A DNA stretch of 38,804 nucleotides from Verrucomicrobiales bacterium (GCA_002696885.1 NZSO01000026.1:1-38804), one strand, 5' to 3'. Shown: positions 10,401 through 19,755, counted from the first letter of the stretch. A program made the numbers and translations. Notes: generated by a model from the letters alone, not told the origin.

Positions 10401-10751
10401 GAATCGAATCTTTGTTTCGCTCCATAAATAGTTCGTATATATATTTTTTGCTTTGCTTAAAAGGTTGATATCAGATCCTGTAAAGCCGAGTGCACCTAAC
10501 TCTTTTTCTAAATCTCCATCATTGCTTAAAGCCCAACCTTGAAGTTTTTCATGAAGGCGTTTCTCCATTTCTCTTGCAGCAGCGTTCGTAAAGGTAATGC
10601 ACAAAATATTTCCGTAAGGAACGTCTGCTAATATCAGTTTTAATATTCTTTGTATCAATTGATACGTCTTGCCACTTCCGGCTGAAGCATTAATCCATTC
10701 TGATTCAAAATGAGTATAGTGATCTGTCATCAGCTGCTTCCTTTGTTCCAT
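7461..10751 (-). CDS. addA: Double-strand break repair helicase-nuclease subunit AddA
   Basis: 1096 aa with UvrD/Rep-type motifs (ASAGSGKTYQL Walker A, VDEAQDTS motif II, VHGAKGLQAP, YVALTRAEEELY) and a C-terminal PD-(D/E)XK nuclease (GQIDLIV...LIDYKTG...YKKQLKIY). It lies downstream of addB, as in alphaproteobacteria. Confidence 0.9.
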   Translation of the reverse strand: MEQRKQLMTDHYTHFESEWINASAGSGKTYQLIQRILKLILADVPYGNILCITFTNAAAREMEKRLHEKLQGWALSNDGDLEKELGALGFTGSDINLLSKAKNIYTNYLWSETKIRFTTLHGLCQSFLRTFAIESDLSPNFTVLEENEQNNLWQKSFEKIAEKHETKSILSKLVDYTTLFNLQDLLQTILKNRHRWVKSCTLKNETSTSLNQLSQNAESQNFDNSLGWLIKKHPLESVLELCERARNLSDSDQLFVENLAVFYRNFCNTPSKPSWQALSSLFLTQSNKPRKKLLSKKAFESLADKEKSFLELSDDIWHVHQIGLIEKIWNKTTLLVEIFTLVFNEYEHKKNSFGLLDFDDLIIKTTQLLQSQEQGAWVRYKLDNQLSHILVDEAQDTSSHQWQLIINLIDDFFSKDNSDTTKSFFVVGDQKQSIYSFQGAKLAEFDLFRSQIYKKFINHKNPIIERSLSHSYRSTTPILSFIDEVFKVHKNPISPFYKATHSSQRINNYGKVSVWPLIHQNESCNDSEAMAGTEEKLAEKLAQKIRLWLDQGKLLQTKERPIHAGDIMILIQKRGRFGPAMANALKKYQIPCAGLDRLTLQDDLAVRDLHSLLKFLLLPEDDFSLASILKSSLIKIDEKTLFKLCIAREEKSLWQELKDQSNYNEKLKEIVLWLQELLNKVDYNTPQDLISTILIEQKGMKKWIDDLGSNATDPLLEYLTLAEQHQIKNGPSLEHWVHWFEANEIQIKRETGDANQKYVRLLTVHGAKGLQAPIVFLPDTTETKIDKGPLYWSKGGLFWASSSTEKGFEPIKSIKDHTQNDLEDESNRLLYVALTRAEEELYICGWEPNRGEVSDNSWYKKCHKAISQLKSKSDRNKETIVYEPFPPKKINKDFTISDIKFGKIIYSPDLFNPLDTKRESTKILRPSGDEEEDNNTLKNERALFYGSLMHKILEHLPHLGDKEEYLRKTKIYVESIDSEFLSHDKKSQLVNDLKNLLNSAIPEINMQGSYFSEVSFRAIEEKKIINGQIDLIVRNPKTRQIWLIDYKTGIYSEKSMEKYKKQLKIYGQFTQKQCPQDTINLALLWIDSLKLYKFKL

Positions 10752-13552
10752 GACGGAAACCTAGTAAGCGTGTAGTAGTCGGGATAGTCATCTGATAGAG
10801 AGCTACGGAAAGGGATATCCTCAATATAATAACTACTTATCACTTGTTTCAGTGTGTTTATAACTGAGTCAGATAAGTGTTTTGGATCGAGTTTAATATC
10901 TGTGATTTCGACAGATTTTTCTTTGCCGGATAGTTTCCAATAGCTGACCTTTTTAACATCTTTCCCAGGCAATAGCTTTTGGTAGCTGCCCTCATAATAG
11001 AGAGCGGCTTCCAAGCTTAATTGTGGCGCCTGATGGAGTTCAACAGCTTTTTGTGTTGGGACTTGGCCTGTTTTGTAATCAATGATTTCTAATGCATCTG
11101 GATAAATATTAATACGATCTGATCGACCTTTGATTTTAATTTTAAGTCCATGAATTTCTAAAGTAAGAGAGCCAGGAATCTCTGTAATAATTTGGTTGGG
11201 TTGGTCAGAATTTTTTAGATGATCATGGAAAAAGCTTAGAATATTTTCTGCCCTTTTACGCCAGAAAGGAAGCGCAATAGCATTTTTCATATATTTTTTA
11301 AGCATAAAATTTAATAACGATTTGTCTCTGGTAACGCTGCTATTAATTGAATCAGTTGCAATTCGATTTAAAAGATCATGCATCATAATACCAAAGTTAA
11401 CGGCGTCTGTTTGAAAGGAAAGTATTTGCAAGGGTTTAAGGCGAGCAATATTTTTTAGATAAAAAATGTAAGGGGCGTTTAAAAGGTGCTGACAATCTGA
11501 AATGGTTATTGTTCTTGGCAGATTTTCTTTTGGCACATGAATGCTTGGCGGCGCATGCTTTTTATTTTCAGTGTTTAACCAATGTTTGCGTACCGTTAAT
11601 AAATAGGGCTCAGCAGTTTGTATTTCTTGATTGGCATGTTTAATATAGTGAGTGAGAAGCTGCCAAAAAATATTTGGTCTTGTTGACTTACCCTTTTCTG
11701 ATTTCGAACGCGTTAAAAGAACTTTTTCAGAGCCAAGAATATTCATCATGTCGTGGCTAGCATGCCCAAGTTTTTCCGCTGCCTCTGCAAGGCCTATAGT
11801 TTTGCGCATTTGTTTGTTTAGCCATGGATCATCACCAGATTGTTTTGGCCAACTCTCTTCATTCATATCGGTCATAATCATGAGGTCAGATCTTATTAAT
11901 CGGGACTCTAGAACGCCGATGATTTGAACTTGCGGGCTTATTGATCTGGATGGTGGTGGGATATCTAATGTGCTTAATATAGATAGTAGAATTTCATAAT
12001 AATCACCTGAAGAACTTTTTTTTAAACCATCAAAAGCTTTGGCTAGTTCCTCTAATGTTTCCTTTAAAAGCTGTTGGCTCTCTATGTTTTCAGCAACAAG
12101 AAAAGCAATGAAATTAATATGATTTTCCAGTGTTTTTGTGAGGATGGGTTGATTTAACGATGATCTTAGCTGTTCAGAAAGTAGGAAAAATTGCTCAAAA
12201 AGATTGCGACAGAAAGCTGCCTGTTCACATGTGAACTTTTCTAAACGATCAAAGAGAAAGCTTGGAATGTCTGACCATAGTGAGGGCAATTGCGCACCCC
12301 GCAAAACTTCCATTTCAAGCCATCGGATAGTACTTAGATATTCAAGTCGGTCTTTTTCAATATAGCAATATGGGTGCTTAAGAAGGGCGATAAGATCAAT
12401 CCAGGAACACGTTGGAGCAGCTACAGTTTTTAGTGAATTTTCAACAAGAGTACCGATAGCTGTTTGAAGAATTGGCAATCCAGTTGATTCATCAACAAAA
12501 ATATTAAAAGCATTTAAGTGGCTTTTTATCCTGGCTTTAAGAGGTTGATTTTGCGAAACGATTATAATTTTCTTATTTGACGTTTGAACAAATTCTTTGA
12601 TGTAAAGAGCAATCGTTGCAGCTTCTTCATCATGGTGATCTGCCTCAAGAAAAGTAATTTTATTTGCCAGTGTATCTTTATGAGAGGGGGCCTTGTGAAA
12701 ACAATTGTAAAGATTTTTATCAGCATATGTAAATGAGTCAGGAATGACCTTAACAGAGGTTGGATTAATATTGCGTTCTTCAATAAATGTTTTTTGACTG
12801 TAAAGCGGATGATTTTTGGCAATTGGATCTGATATTTCGGGGTCATAGCCAGGCAGGAAAACCGATCCATTTTTTAAGCCTCCCACTGCTTGCATGAGAT
12901 CAGAAATTTCTGGCAATGATCCTGTTGCCCCAATAATCCAAATTGGATTTTTAGGAGGTAATTCTTGCCAAGACTTTATCAAAAGTTGAATGAGATTGCG
13001 TCGATGAGATTGTGCCGACTGTGCATTTTCTTCTTGTAAAATTAGCGGCCAGGCTTTGCTGAATACGTTTAAAAAAGCCAGTGAGTTAAGTTGATGGTCT
13101 GTTTTAAAACCTGCATCTAGTTCTGTAAGTTTTTCTAGGGGAATATGCTCGTTATCTAGCTCATCTAACAATGTTTCAAGAGACGTAACCAGCTGGCTTA
13201 TATTGTAAAATTTATTATTTTTCTCATTAAATTTTGCAACGAGCGAAAAAAGCAAAGCACGCCTACGCGCAGCAGGTAATACTTTTGGTAGCTGGACAAC
13301 TTCTTGCATGATATCAATCGAGCTAAAAGCAATCGCTTCTTGATCAAGGTTAGTAATCGGTGTGATCTTCGGGAGGAAAGAGCTGGTCTTTAATTCGGTG
13401 ATGATTTCCGCAAAGCGGTGACATGAGCGACGGGTTGGTAAATAGATGTGATAGCCGGCAATCGATAAGGGATCTTGATATGTTTCGGCAATCAGTCTTT
13501 CAGCTGTAACAGACAAAATTGAGTGTGAGGGAGGCACTGTATAGAAAGTCAC
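10730..13552 (-). CDS. addB: Double-strand break repair protein AddB (alphaproteobacterial type)
   Basis: 940 aa with a C-terminal PD-(D/E)XK module (GRSDRINIY...LEIIDYKTG...QLSLEAALY) and an alpha-type tail DYPDYYTLTRFPSW. It overlaps addA by 22 nt and tsaE by 4 nt. Confidence 0.85.
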   Translation of the reverse strand: MTFYTVPPSHSILSVTAERLIAETYQDPLSIAGYHIYLPTRRSCHRFAEIITELKTSSFLPKITPITNLDQEAIAFSSIDIMQEVVQLPKVLPAARRRALLFSLVAKFNEKNNKFYNISQLVTSLETLLDELDNEHIPLEKLTELDAGFKTDHQLNSLAFLNVFSKAWPLILQEENAQSAQSHRRNLIQLLIKSWQELPPKNPIWIIGATGSLPEISDLMQAVGGLKNGSVFLPGYDPEISDPIAKNHPLYSQKTFIEERNINPTSVKVIPDSFTYADKNLYNCFHKAPSHKDTLANKITFLEADHHDEEAATIALYIKEFVQTSNKKIIIVSQNQPLKARIKSHLNAFNIFVDESTGLPILQTAIGTLVENSLKTVAAPTCSWIDLIALLKHPYCYIEKDRLEYLSTIRWLEMEVLRGAQLPSLWSDIPSFLFDRLEKFTCEQAAFCRNLFEQFFLLSEQLRSSLNQPILTKTLENHINFIAFLVAENIESQQLLKETLEELAKAFDGLKKSSSGDYYEILLSILSTLDIPPPSRSISPQVQIIGVLESRLIRSDLMIMTDMNEESWPKQSGDDPWLNKQMRKTIGLAEAAEKLGHASHDMMNILGSEKVLLTRSKSEKGKSTRPNIFWQLLTHYIKHANQEIQTAEPYLLTVRKHWLNTENKKHAPPSIHVPKENLPRTITISDCQHLLNAPYIFYLKNIARLKPLQILSFQTDAVNFGIMMHDLLNRIATDSINSSVTRDKSLLNFMLKKYMKNAIALPFWRKRAENILSFFHDHLKNSDQPNQIITEIPGSLTLEIHGLKIKIKGRSDRINIYPDALEIIDYKTGQVPTQKAVELHQAPQLSLEAALYYEGSYQKLLPGKDVKKVSYWKLSGKEKSVEITDIKLDPKHLSDSVINTLKQVISSYYIEDIPFRSSLSDDYPDYYTLTRFPSWNKGSS

Positions 13553-14034
13553 TTTTCAAAGCTTGTTTGTAATGGTTTGAGTCGTTCAGACCAATTTTTC
13601 GTGCCTGTAAAAATTATTTTAAGGTTATTTTGACTGATATCAAAGTTAAGGACCAAAGCAGACTGACGAATAAATTTCTCTGCTTTTTCTGGCCATTCAA
13701 TAATTAACAGCCCTTCTTGGGTTTCATTAAGGCCAAGTTCAATCCATTCATCATCATTTTCAAAACGATACAAATCAATATGCCAAATGGGAAAGGGGCC
13801 TTGATCATATAAAGATACAATATTAAAAGTTGGGCTGTTGACAGTTGTTTCGGGACCCAAGATTCCTTGAATCAGACCTCTGACAAAGGTGGTTTTTCCA
13901 GCGCCCAAGGTGCCAGTTAAACAAACACAGTCCCCAGGTTGCAGGATGGCTGCTAGTGATCCACCCAGGCGCTGTGTCTCTTCTGGGCTGTGTGTTGATC
14001 TATCAAATAAAAAAGGTGATGCTTGCCAATTCAT
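13549..14034 (-). CDS. tsaE: tRNA t6A37 biosynthesis ATPase TsaE
   Basis: 161 aa with Walker A LTGTLGAGKTTFVRG, SPTFNIV, HIDLYR and IEWPE motifs. The tsaE-addB-addA gene order is conserved in alphaproteobacteria. Confidence 0.9.
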   Translation of the reverse strand: MNWQASPFLFDRSTHSPEETQRLGGSLAAILQPGDCVCLTGTLGAGKTTFVRGLIQGILGPETTVNSPTFNIVSLYDQGPFPIWHIDLYRFENDDEWIELGLNETQEGLLIIEWPEKAEKFIRQSALVLNFDISQNNLKIIFTGTKNWSERLKPLQTSFEK

Positions 14035-14084
14035 TGCTAATCACTATTATGAACCAAAGTAAAGTTGAAAACAAAGGAATTAAA

Positions 14085-15098
14085 ATGTCATATCAAACAG
14101 ATGTTGTAATTATCGGTGCTGGGCCTGTTGGGCTTTTTGCCATCTTTGAGTGTGGTATGAATAAGCTAAAGTGTCATGTGATCGACGCTCTTGATTCTGT
14201 GGGCGGGCAATGCAGGGCGCTTTATCCAGAAAAGCCTATTTATGACATACCTGCACATCCAAGCATTCTTGCAGGGGAATTGATAGATAAACTTGAACAA
14301 CAAGCAGCGCCATTTAATGCAACTTTTCATTTGGGGCAGCAAGCAACACATGTATCTAAAACAGACGATGGTTGGATGATCAAAACCTCAAAAGGCAATG
14401 AAATTCAAACAAAGGCAATTATTATTGCTGCGGGTGTCGGCGCGTTTGGGCCAAATAAACCCCCCCTTGAAAATTTAGCTGAATTTGAAGAAAAGCATGT
14501 ACATTATTATGTGCGCCGAATGGAAGATTTTAGGGGCCAAACGATTGTTATTGCTGGTGGTGGAGATTCTGCTGTTGATTGGGCTTTAAACCTTAAAGGG
14601 ATTGCTAAGAAAATTTATATGGTCCACCGCCGCGATAAATTCCGTGCAGCACCTGAAAGTGTGAATCAGTTAAAAGCAGCAGCAACTTCTGAAGAGTTGG
14701 AATTAGTTACGCCTTATCAATTATCTGCGTTGGGTGGCGAGAATGGCACGCTTCAATCCGTTGAAGTTGTTAACTTAGACGGTCATAAACGCACTTTAGA
14801 GGCGGATCATTTATTAGCTTTTTTTGGTTTATCCATGGACCTGGGACCTTTGTCAGAATGGGGTATGGCGCTGCAGAAAAAGCATATAGAAGTTGATTTC
14901 AAAACCTGTGAAACAAACTTAAAAGGTGTGTTTGCCATTGGTGATGTTGCAACGTATCCATATAAGCAGAAGCTTATCCTAACTGGGTTTGCAGAAGCGG
15001 CTCAAGCTGTACATCAAATTCGTTCGATGGTTTACCCAGGAGAAGTTTTCCACTTTGAATATTCGACCACGCAAGGTGTGCCAGGTAGTGGCTCCTAA
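14085..15098 (+). CDS. Ferredoxin-NADP+ reductase, thioredoxin-reductase-like type
   Basis: DVVIIGAGPVGLFA FAD-binding fold, GGQCRALYPEKPIYDIPAHP, and a second Rossmann motif IAGGGDSAVDWA. Start chosen at ATG 14085 (AAAGGAA upstream). The track ORF start 13956 would overlap tsaE; ATG 14049 is an alternative. Confidence 0.85.
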   Translation: MSYQTDVVIIGAGPVGLFAIFECGMNKLKCHVIDALDSVGGQCRALYPEKPIYDIPAHPSILAGELIDKLEQQAAPFNATFHLGQQATHVSKTDDGWMIKTSKGNEIQTKAIIIAAGVGAFGPNKPPLENLAEFEEKHVHYYVRRMEDFRGQTIVIAGGGDSAVDWALNLKGIAKKIYMVHRRDKFRAAPESVNQLKAAATSEELELVTPYQLSALGGENGTLQSVEVVNLDGHKRTLEADHLLAFFGLSMDLGPLSEWGMALQKKHIEVDFKTCETNLKGVFAIGDVATYPYKQKLILTGFAEAAQAVHQIRSMVYPGEVFHFEYSTTQGVPGSGS

Positions 15099-16224
15099 AC
15101 AACCCGCAATTTTACAAGTTTTGCCAGCGCTTAATTCAGGCGGCGTTGAGCGTGGTACGTGTGAAATTGCCAAGACAATTGTTGACAGGAGCTGGCAATC
15201 TTATGTTGCCTCGACCGGCGGAGGACTTGTTAATGAATTAGAAAAAAGTGGTACAAGGCACGTAAGGATATCAACACTTAAATCACACGTTTTGGTTTTT
15301 TACTCAGCCTGGCAACTCTACAAAATCATAAAACAATGCAATATTGATTTAGTTCATGCGCGCAGTAGGCTCCCTGCTTGGGCCTGCTATTGGGCAAGCA
15401 AGTGGGCCAAAGTGCCAATGGTCACAACTTTTCATGGGGCGTACGGCTGCCAAAATCACTTTAAGTATTTTTATAATTCAGTAATGGTGAAAGGTGAAAG
15501 AGTGATTGCACCCTCACAATTCATCGTTGATCACATTAAAAAGACTTATAAAGTTCCATGTAGCAAGATTGACTTAATTTACCGCGGTGTTGATTTGGAG
15601 CAATTTTATCCCAGTGCTGTTTCAACACATACAATAAAGTTGATTCGGAAAAAGTGGCAGGTTCAGCAGGGGGAGATGGTTTTTCTTCTTCCAGGACGCT
15701 TTACGGCGATTAAAGGGCATGAGATTTTGCTGAGAGCTTTGGCAGCATTCAAGGATAAAAATTGGAAATTGATTTTGATGGGTTCTTGGTATGGCAAAGA
15801 AAAGTATTTTGAATATATTAAGAAAGTTATTGTTGATCTTGATTTGGAGAGTCATGTTTTGATTGAGCCTGCTCAAGGCGCTGTTCAAGAAGCCTATGCA
15901 GCTGCGGACATTGTTGTGTGTCCGTCTATTAAGCCCGAATCATTTGGCCGCACGATTGCTGAAGCAGGCGCCATGGCTAAACCAGTGATTACCACCAACA
16001 TAGGTGGCGGCGCTGAAATTGTTGTATCTAATGAAACAGGTTGGCTTGTGCAGCCAAATTCAGTTGATGATTTACGAAAAGCACTAGGACAGGCTTTTAA
16101 ACTGGAGCCTGAACGGTTAGGGGAAATAGGTAAAGCAGCTGAAGAGCGTATTAGAAAAAAATTCACCTTAACTGCTATGCAGAGCAAAACAATTAAGCTG
16201 TACGAATCAGTCTTGAAAGTTTAG
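15088..16224 (+). CDS. Glycosyltransferase family 4 (GT-B fold)
   Basis: ILQVLPALNSGGVERGT N-terminus and C-terminal E-x7-E region ESFGRTIAEAGAMAKPVITTNIGGGAEIVV. GTG 15088 is proposed as the start. The track ORF begins at 14989, inside the preceding gene, so the exact start is uncertain. Confidence 0.8.
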   Translation: MAPKQPAILQVLPALNSGGVERGTCEIAKTIVDRSWQSYVASTGGGLVNELEKSGTRHVRISTLKSHVLVFYSAWQLYKIIKQCNIDLVHARSRLPAWACYWASKWAKVPMVTTFHGAYGCQNHFKYFYNSVMVKGERVIAPSQFIVDHIKKTYKVPCSKIDLIYRGVDLEQFYPSAVSTHTIKLIRKKWQVQQGEMVFLLPGRFTAIKGHEILLRALAAFKDKNWKLILMGSWYGKEKYFEYIKKVIVDLDLESHVLIEPAQGAVQEAYAAADIVVCPSIKPESFGRTIAEAGAMAKPVITTNIGGGAEIVVSNETGWLVQPNSVDDLRKALGQAFKLEPERLGEIGKAAEERIRKKFTLTAMQSKTIKLYESVLKV

Positions 16225-16226
16225 GC

Positions 16227-16260
16227 AAAAAAAAACTGGCCCTGAGGCCAGCTTTATATT
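16227..16260. terminator. Bidirectional terminator between convergent genes
   Basis: AAAAAAAAACTGGCC-CTGA-GGCCAGCTTTATATTT. Confidence 0.7.
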
Positions 16261-16278
16261 TGATACTTGAAGGTATAT

Positions 16279-16947
16279 TTACATTTGAGCTCTCTTTGTT
16301 CTTTGCAATTTTGGCTGTTTGCATTGCATCTCACCGTTTTTCAACTTAGTAAAAGTAACTTCATTGTTAAAGCGGTCTCCTCTTCCAACGAAATCTTCGG
16401 TTCCCTCATATTTCTTTAACCAATTTTGTGCAGCAAGGGTAAGCTCTTCGTCAGTTTTCATAGTGCCATCTTTTCTAAACATGCCTTTAACATAAGCTTT
16501 TAAAGATCTTGTTGATGCACAAAAAAATTGTCCCTGCAAAAGAGGGTCGTTATTAGCAGCATTTTCATCAAAAACTGGGTAAGCTCCCCATTCAAATTTA
16601 GTACTTGAAACCCCATACCTGTAGGCTAGATTTAAAACAACAGCTTGAGCATTTGGTGATTTACGGTCGAGTTCGTTCAGAGCAGTACGTAACTCTTGTC
16701 TAGCAGAGCTATTTTGTGTGGTATCAATGAAAAACTCAAAAAATTTATTTAAGCATTTAGAGTATTGGTTAGCATAGCTTGGCTTTGAATTTTTTGATAT
16801 GTCCAGTAGCACATCCAACACAAGATTCAGGTCCTGTTTACAAACACGGGGCAATTGAGTTGCTTTTGATAAATAGAGATTATTTGCGATTCCACAATTA
16901 GAGTTAAATGATACAGCTAATAACAATGTTAATAGTATTTTTTTCAT
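16279..16947 (-). CDS. Hypothetical secreted protein (no family recognised)
   Basis: Signal peptide MKKILLTLLLAVSFNS. The second ATG is preferred because GGAAGG sits 5 nt upstream. 222 aa, lysine-rich tail. It is bounded by a terminator on one side and the infA promoter region on the other. Confidence 0.6.
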   Translation of the reverse strand: MKKILLTLLLAVSFNSNCGIANNLYLSKATQLPRVCKQDLNLVLDVLLDISKNSKPSYANQYSKCLNKFFEFFIDTTQNSSARQELRTALNELDRKSPNAQAVVLNLAYRYGVSSTKFEWGAYPVFDENAANNDPLLQGQFFCASTRSLKAYVKGMFRKDGTMKTDEELTLAAQNWLKKYEGTEDFVGRGDRFNNEVTFTKLKNGEMQCKQPKLQRTKRAQM

Positions 16948-17091
16948 GATGCCTTCCAAATTAGTTTGTTCAATTATTGACTGTGTATATATAATAGATC
17001 AAGCATTTTTTGTTGTATTGATAAAGATATAAACCATTCGCTTGAAAATTGTGCGAAAGCTTTCTATTATTCAGAAAAATTATAGGCTGGA

Positions 17092-17310
17092 ATGTCAAAA
17101 GAAGACTTAATTGAATTGGAAGGTGAAGTTACCGAATTGCTTCCAAAAGCAAATTATCGTGTGATGCTTGAGAATGGGCACGAAGTGGTTGCCTATGCAT
17201 CAGGGCGGATGCGTAAAAATAGAATTCGTGTTCTGTTGGGTGATAAAGTAACTGTTGAAATGACGCCATACGATTTAACAAAGGGTCGTATTTCTTTTCG
17301 TCACAAGTAG
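17092..17310 (+). CDS. infA: Translation initiation factor IF-1
   Basis: 72 aa: [66 protein letters not shown]. Confidence 0.98.
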   Translation: MSKEDLIELEGEVTELLPKANYRVMLENGHEVVAYASGRMRKNRIRVLLGDKVTVEMTPYDLTKGRISFRHK

Positions 17311-17321
17311 CGTAGTACTTG

Positions 17322-17924
17322 ATGGCCGCTCTGCAATCTTTTGTTTTGGCTTCCGGATCCCCCTCGCGCGCTAAAATTCTTAACGAGCTTTGCTTTGAAG
17401 GCTTTGACATCTCCCCGCAAGATATCGATGAATCCGAGCTTAAAAACGAACCCCCCCGAACATATATAAAAAGAATTTGCAGCGCTAAAGTAGCCTCTGC
17501 CAAAAAGAATCACCCTGACCGAGTCATTTTAGCAGCTGACACAATTGTTGCCGTTGGGCGGAGAATACTGCAAAAAGCGCAAAGTCCCGATCAGCAGCAT
17601 CAGTTTATGAGCTTAATTTCGGGTAGGCGTCATTATAGTATGACAGCCGTTGGTATTTACAACCCGAAACAACCTGAGAAAATTATTATTAAACTGGTTG
17701 AAACCCTTGTGCAGATGAAGCGGATGACTGACCAAGAAATTGCTGCATATGTTGACTCTGGAGTTTGGCAAGGCTGTTCGGGGTATAAATTTGATTATAT
17801 GTTCCAATCACTGGTAAAGCGCATTGATGGGTCTGTGTCGAGCATTCAGGGGCTGCCTGTCTATACGGTTCGAAATTTGTTGGGCAGTGCCGGCGTTTTT
17901 CCCAAGTTTTCTCTATCTAAATGA
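17322..17924 (+). CDS. maf: Maf-family nucleoside triphosphate pyrophosphatase
   Basis: LASGSPSRAKIL, ILAADTIV and GCSGYKFD motifs, positioned after infA. ATG 17322 is one codon inside the TTG-initiated track ORF. Confidence 0.85.
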   Translation: MAALQSFVLASGSPSRAKILNELCFEGFDISPQDIDESELKNEPPRTYIKRICSAKVASAKKNHPDRVILAADTIVAVGRRILQKAQSPDQQHQFMSLISGRRHYSMTAVGIYNPKQPEKIIIKLVETLVQMKRMTDQEIAAYVDSGVWQGCSGYKFDYMFQSLVKRIDGSVSSIQGLPVYTVRNLLGSAGVFPKFSLSK

Positions 17925-18796
17925 GTGATGTACTGATCAGCCGCTATGGAGCAGGGTTCCTGGCTTTGAAAGTTAAAAACCAGTCTGTTGAAGATGTGCT
18001 TGTGTTTGGCCCTACGATTCCATTTTCTTATGTTGGGTGCACTGTAGATGGAAAGGTTCAAAGCAAAAGCCCTGATGGCAAAAGTCTAAATGTGGATTGC
18101 GCAGGTGTAGCTAGTGCTATTTTGGTTGAAATCGGTAAACACAAGATATGTGTAGGTGATACAGTGAGAGTGCGGATCACGCATGATGCCAGCTTGGTTG
18201 AGCCTCATAAAGGGCATAAAGGCAGGATAGTGAGCAGTTCAGTGGCGTTGACAGAGAGGTCAGATTGGCTCACGGGGGTTGTTAATATGTGCAAAAATGC
18301 ATCAAAAATAGTCCTAAATGATGCCGTTTTAGCCCAAAAATTGACCAAAAATGACCTAAAAAACGTCAATTTCAAGCACTCTGAGACCATTTTTGACGAT
18401 GCAGGGTATGGAGATTTTGTTGAATCTTTGATGGACGCATCCTGGTTACTCGATGAGTCTGGGGGGAGTATTACATTAGATCGATCAAAAGTTGCTTGGT
18501 GTTTTGATGTGAATACAAGCTCTGTTGAAACTGTTAGTCGGTCTCGTGTTAAAAAAGTAAATCATGAAGCCTGGAACTTGATTAATCGAAAAATTGTTTT
18601 GCTTAACTTATCGGGCCTGATTTTGATAGACTTTATTGAGATGAGCCGAACGGAAACGGATCATCTGCTTGAGCAAATTAAAAAGGATCAGACGTTGCTT
18701 GGCATACAGTGCCTAGGGCGAACGCGTGCTGGGCTTATTGAAATAACCCGGAAGCGACATGGATATCCTTTATGGGATTTGCTCAAAATTTGCTGA
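17921..18796 (+). CDS. Short Rne/Rng-family ribonuclease-like protein
   Basis: RNase E/G catalytic-core motifs are conserved: SGGSITLDRSKVAWCFDVNTSS (D303-equivalent), GLILIDFIEM (D346-equivalent), GRTRAGLIEITRKR. ATGA overlap with maf. The maf-rng-yacG order is typical of alphaproteobacteria. Confidence 0.65.
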   Translation: MSDVLISRYGAGFLALKVKNQSVEDVLVFGPTIPFSYVGCTVDGKVQSKSPDGKSLNVDCAGVASAILVEIGKHKICVGDTVRVRITHDASLVEPHKGHKGRIVSSSVALTERSDWLTGVVNMCKNASKIVLNDAVLAQKLTKNDLKNVNFKHSETIFDDAGYGDFVESLMDASWLLDESGGSITLDRSKVAWCFDVNTSSVETVSRSRVKKVNHEAWNLINRKIVLLNLSGLILIDFIEMSRTETDHLLEQIKKDQTLLGIQCLGRTRAGLIEITRKRHGYPLWDLLKIC

Positions 18797-18812
18797 TGAA
18801 CTGGAGGTTGTG

Positions 18813-18968
18813 ATGAAGTGCCCTATTTGTAAGAGCCCAACAGTAGATGCCTTTAAACCATTTTGTTCCCGGTATTGTAAGAACATAGATCTAAATCGCT
18901 GGCTTTCAGAACGCTATACGTTGAAGGAAGAGTTTTCAGAAAAAGAAATTGTTCAAAACTTTAAGTAA
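18813..18968 (+). CDS. yacG: DNA gyrase inhibitor YacG (zinc finger)
   Basis: MKCPICKSPT...FKPFCSRYCKNIDLNRWLSE matches the YacG C4 zinc finger. GGAGG lies 6 nt upstream of ATG 18813. Confidence 0.85.
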   Translation: MKCPICKSPTVDAFKPFCSRYCKNIDLNRWLSERYTLKEEFSEKEIVQNFK

Positions 18969-19058
18969 AGTGAATCAAAGAAAAAATAAGTTTCATATGT
19001 ATTATTGAATACTCATATTCGCGTTGAATTTTTATTGTTTTACTGGCAAAAATAAAGA

Positions 19059-19721
19059 ATGAAACTTCAATACCCCGAATTTGCTGAAAACCCAGAAATA
19101 CGTTGTCCAGTGGTTTTGCTCTTGGACGTTTCTGCTTCTATGGAGGGGGCTCCAATTCAAGCTCTGAATGCAGGCCTTGCGTCTTTTAAATATGACATTG
19201 AAGAAGATGAAATGGCCTCCCTACGTGTTGAAGTGGGTGTGGTGACGTTTGGCGAAGAAGTTAAAATTATTCATGATTTTTCGACAATTGATCATTTTAC
19301 GCCGCCTCAACTGACCACAAAAGGAAAGACCCCTTTTGGAGAAGCCATTAACTTGGGCTTGGATATGTTGGAATTTCGTAAAAAAGTTTTCAGAGACCAT
19401 GGTATTCAATATTACCGCCCGTGGGTTTTTCTTATAACTGATGGCGCGCCAACAGATGATGAGTGGCCTGAGGCTGCTAAGCGGGTTCATGAGATGGAGG
19501 CAAACAATAAATGTTCTTTTTTTACTATCGCAGTTGAAGGGGCCGATCTTGAAACACTTGAAGAAATTGCGCCAAAAAAAAGGCCGCCACTTAAATTGCA
19601 AGATTTAAAGTTTGAAGAATTATTCAAATGGATGTCTGCATCTGTAAGACGGGTATCTAAACACAAGTCAGCCGGGGAAATGGCGATGCTTCCATCCGTT
19701 TCAACATGGGCTGTACGATAA
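19059..19721 (+). CDS. TerY-like von Willebrand factor A (vWA) domain protein
   Basis: 220 aa with a MIDAS motif D23-V-S-A-S27 in VVLLLDVSASMEGAPI, then GKTPFGEA and FLITDGAPTDD. The length and N-terminus resemble TerY-family vWA proteins. Confidence 0.8.
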   Translation: MKLQYPEFAENPEIRCPVVLLLDVSASMEGAPIQALNAGLASFKYDIEEDEMASLRVEVGVVTFGEEVKIIHDFSTIDHFTPPQLTTKGKTPFGEAINLGLDMLEFRKKVFRDHGIQYYRPWVFLITDGAPTDDEWPEAAKRVHEMEANNKCSFFTIAVEGADLETLEEIAPKKRPPLKLQDLKFEELFKWMSASVRRVSKHKSAGEMAMLPSVSTWAVR

Positions 19722-19755
19722 TAAAATAAAGGTTCACAGAGCCTTGGGGAGGGCG

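Noticed and set aside
10730-13552. AddB lacks the CxxCx5C iron-sulfur 'staple' cysteines and an N-terminal Walker A motif
   Set aside because: As far as I recall, the tail (DYPDYYTLTRFPSW) matches the normal alphaproteobacterial AddB ending (...YDHLARxxEW type). This would be a lineage feature rather than an anomaly, and I cannot verify it without an alignment.
14989-15087. 5' extension of the glycosyltransferase ORF (ATG 14989) overlapping the ferredoxin-NADP reductase gene by 110 nt
   Set aside because: The extension (MQKRLKLYIKFVRWF...) has no GT-family counterpart. GT4 proteins normally begin just before the ...ILQVLPxLxxGG motif, so GTG 15088 is the more plausible start, although this is unverified.
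17129-17513. Minus-strand ORFs 17129..17503 and 17301..17513
   Set aside because: They are antisense to infA and maf, both of which have unambiguous protein signatures. They are shadow ORFs.
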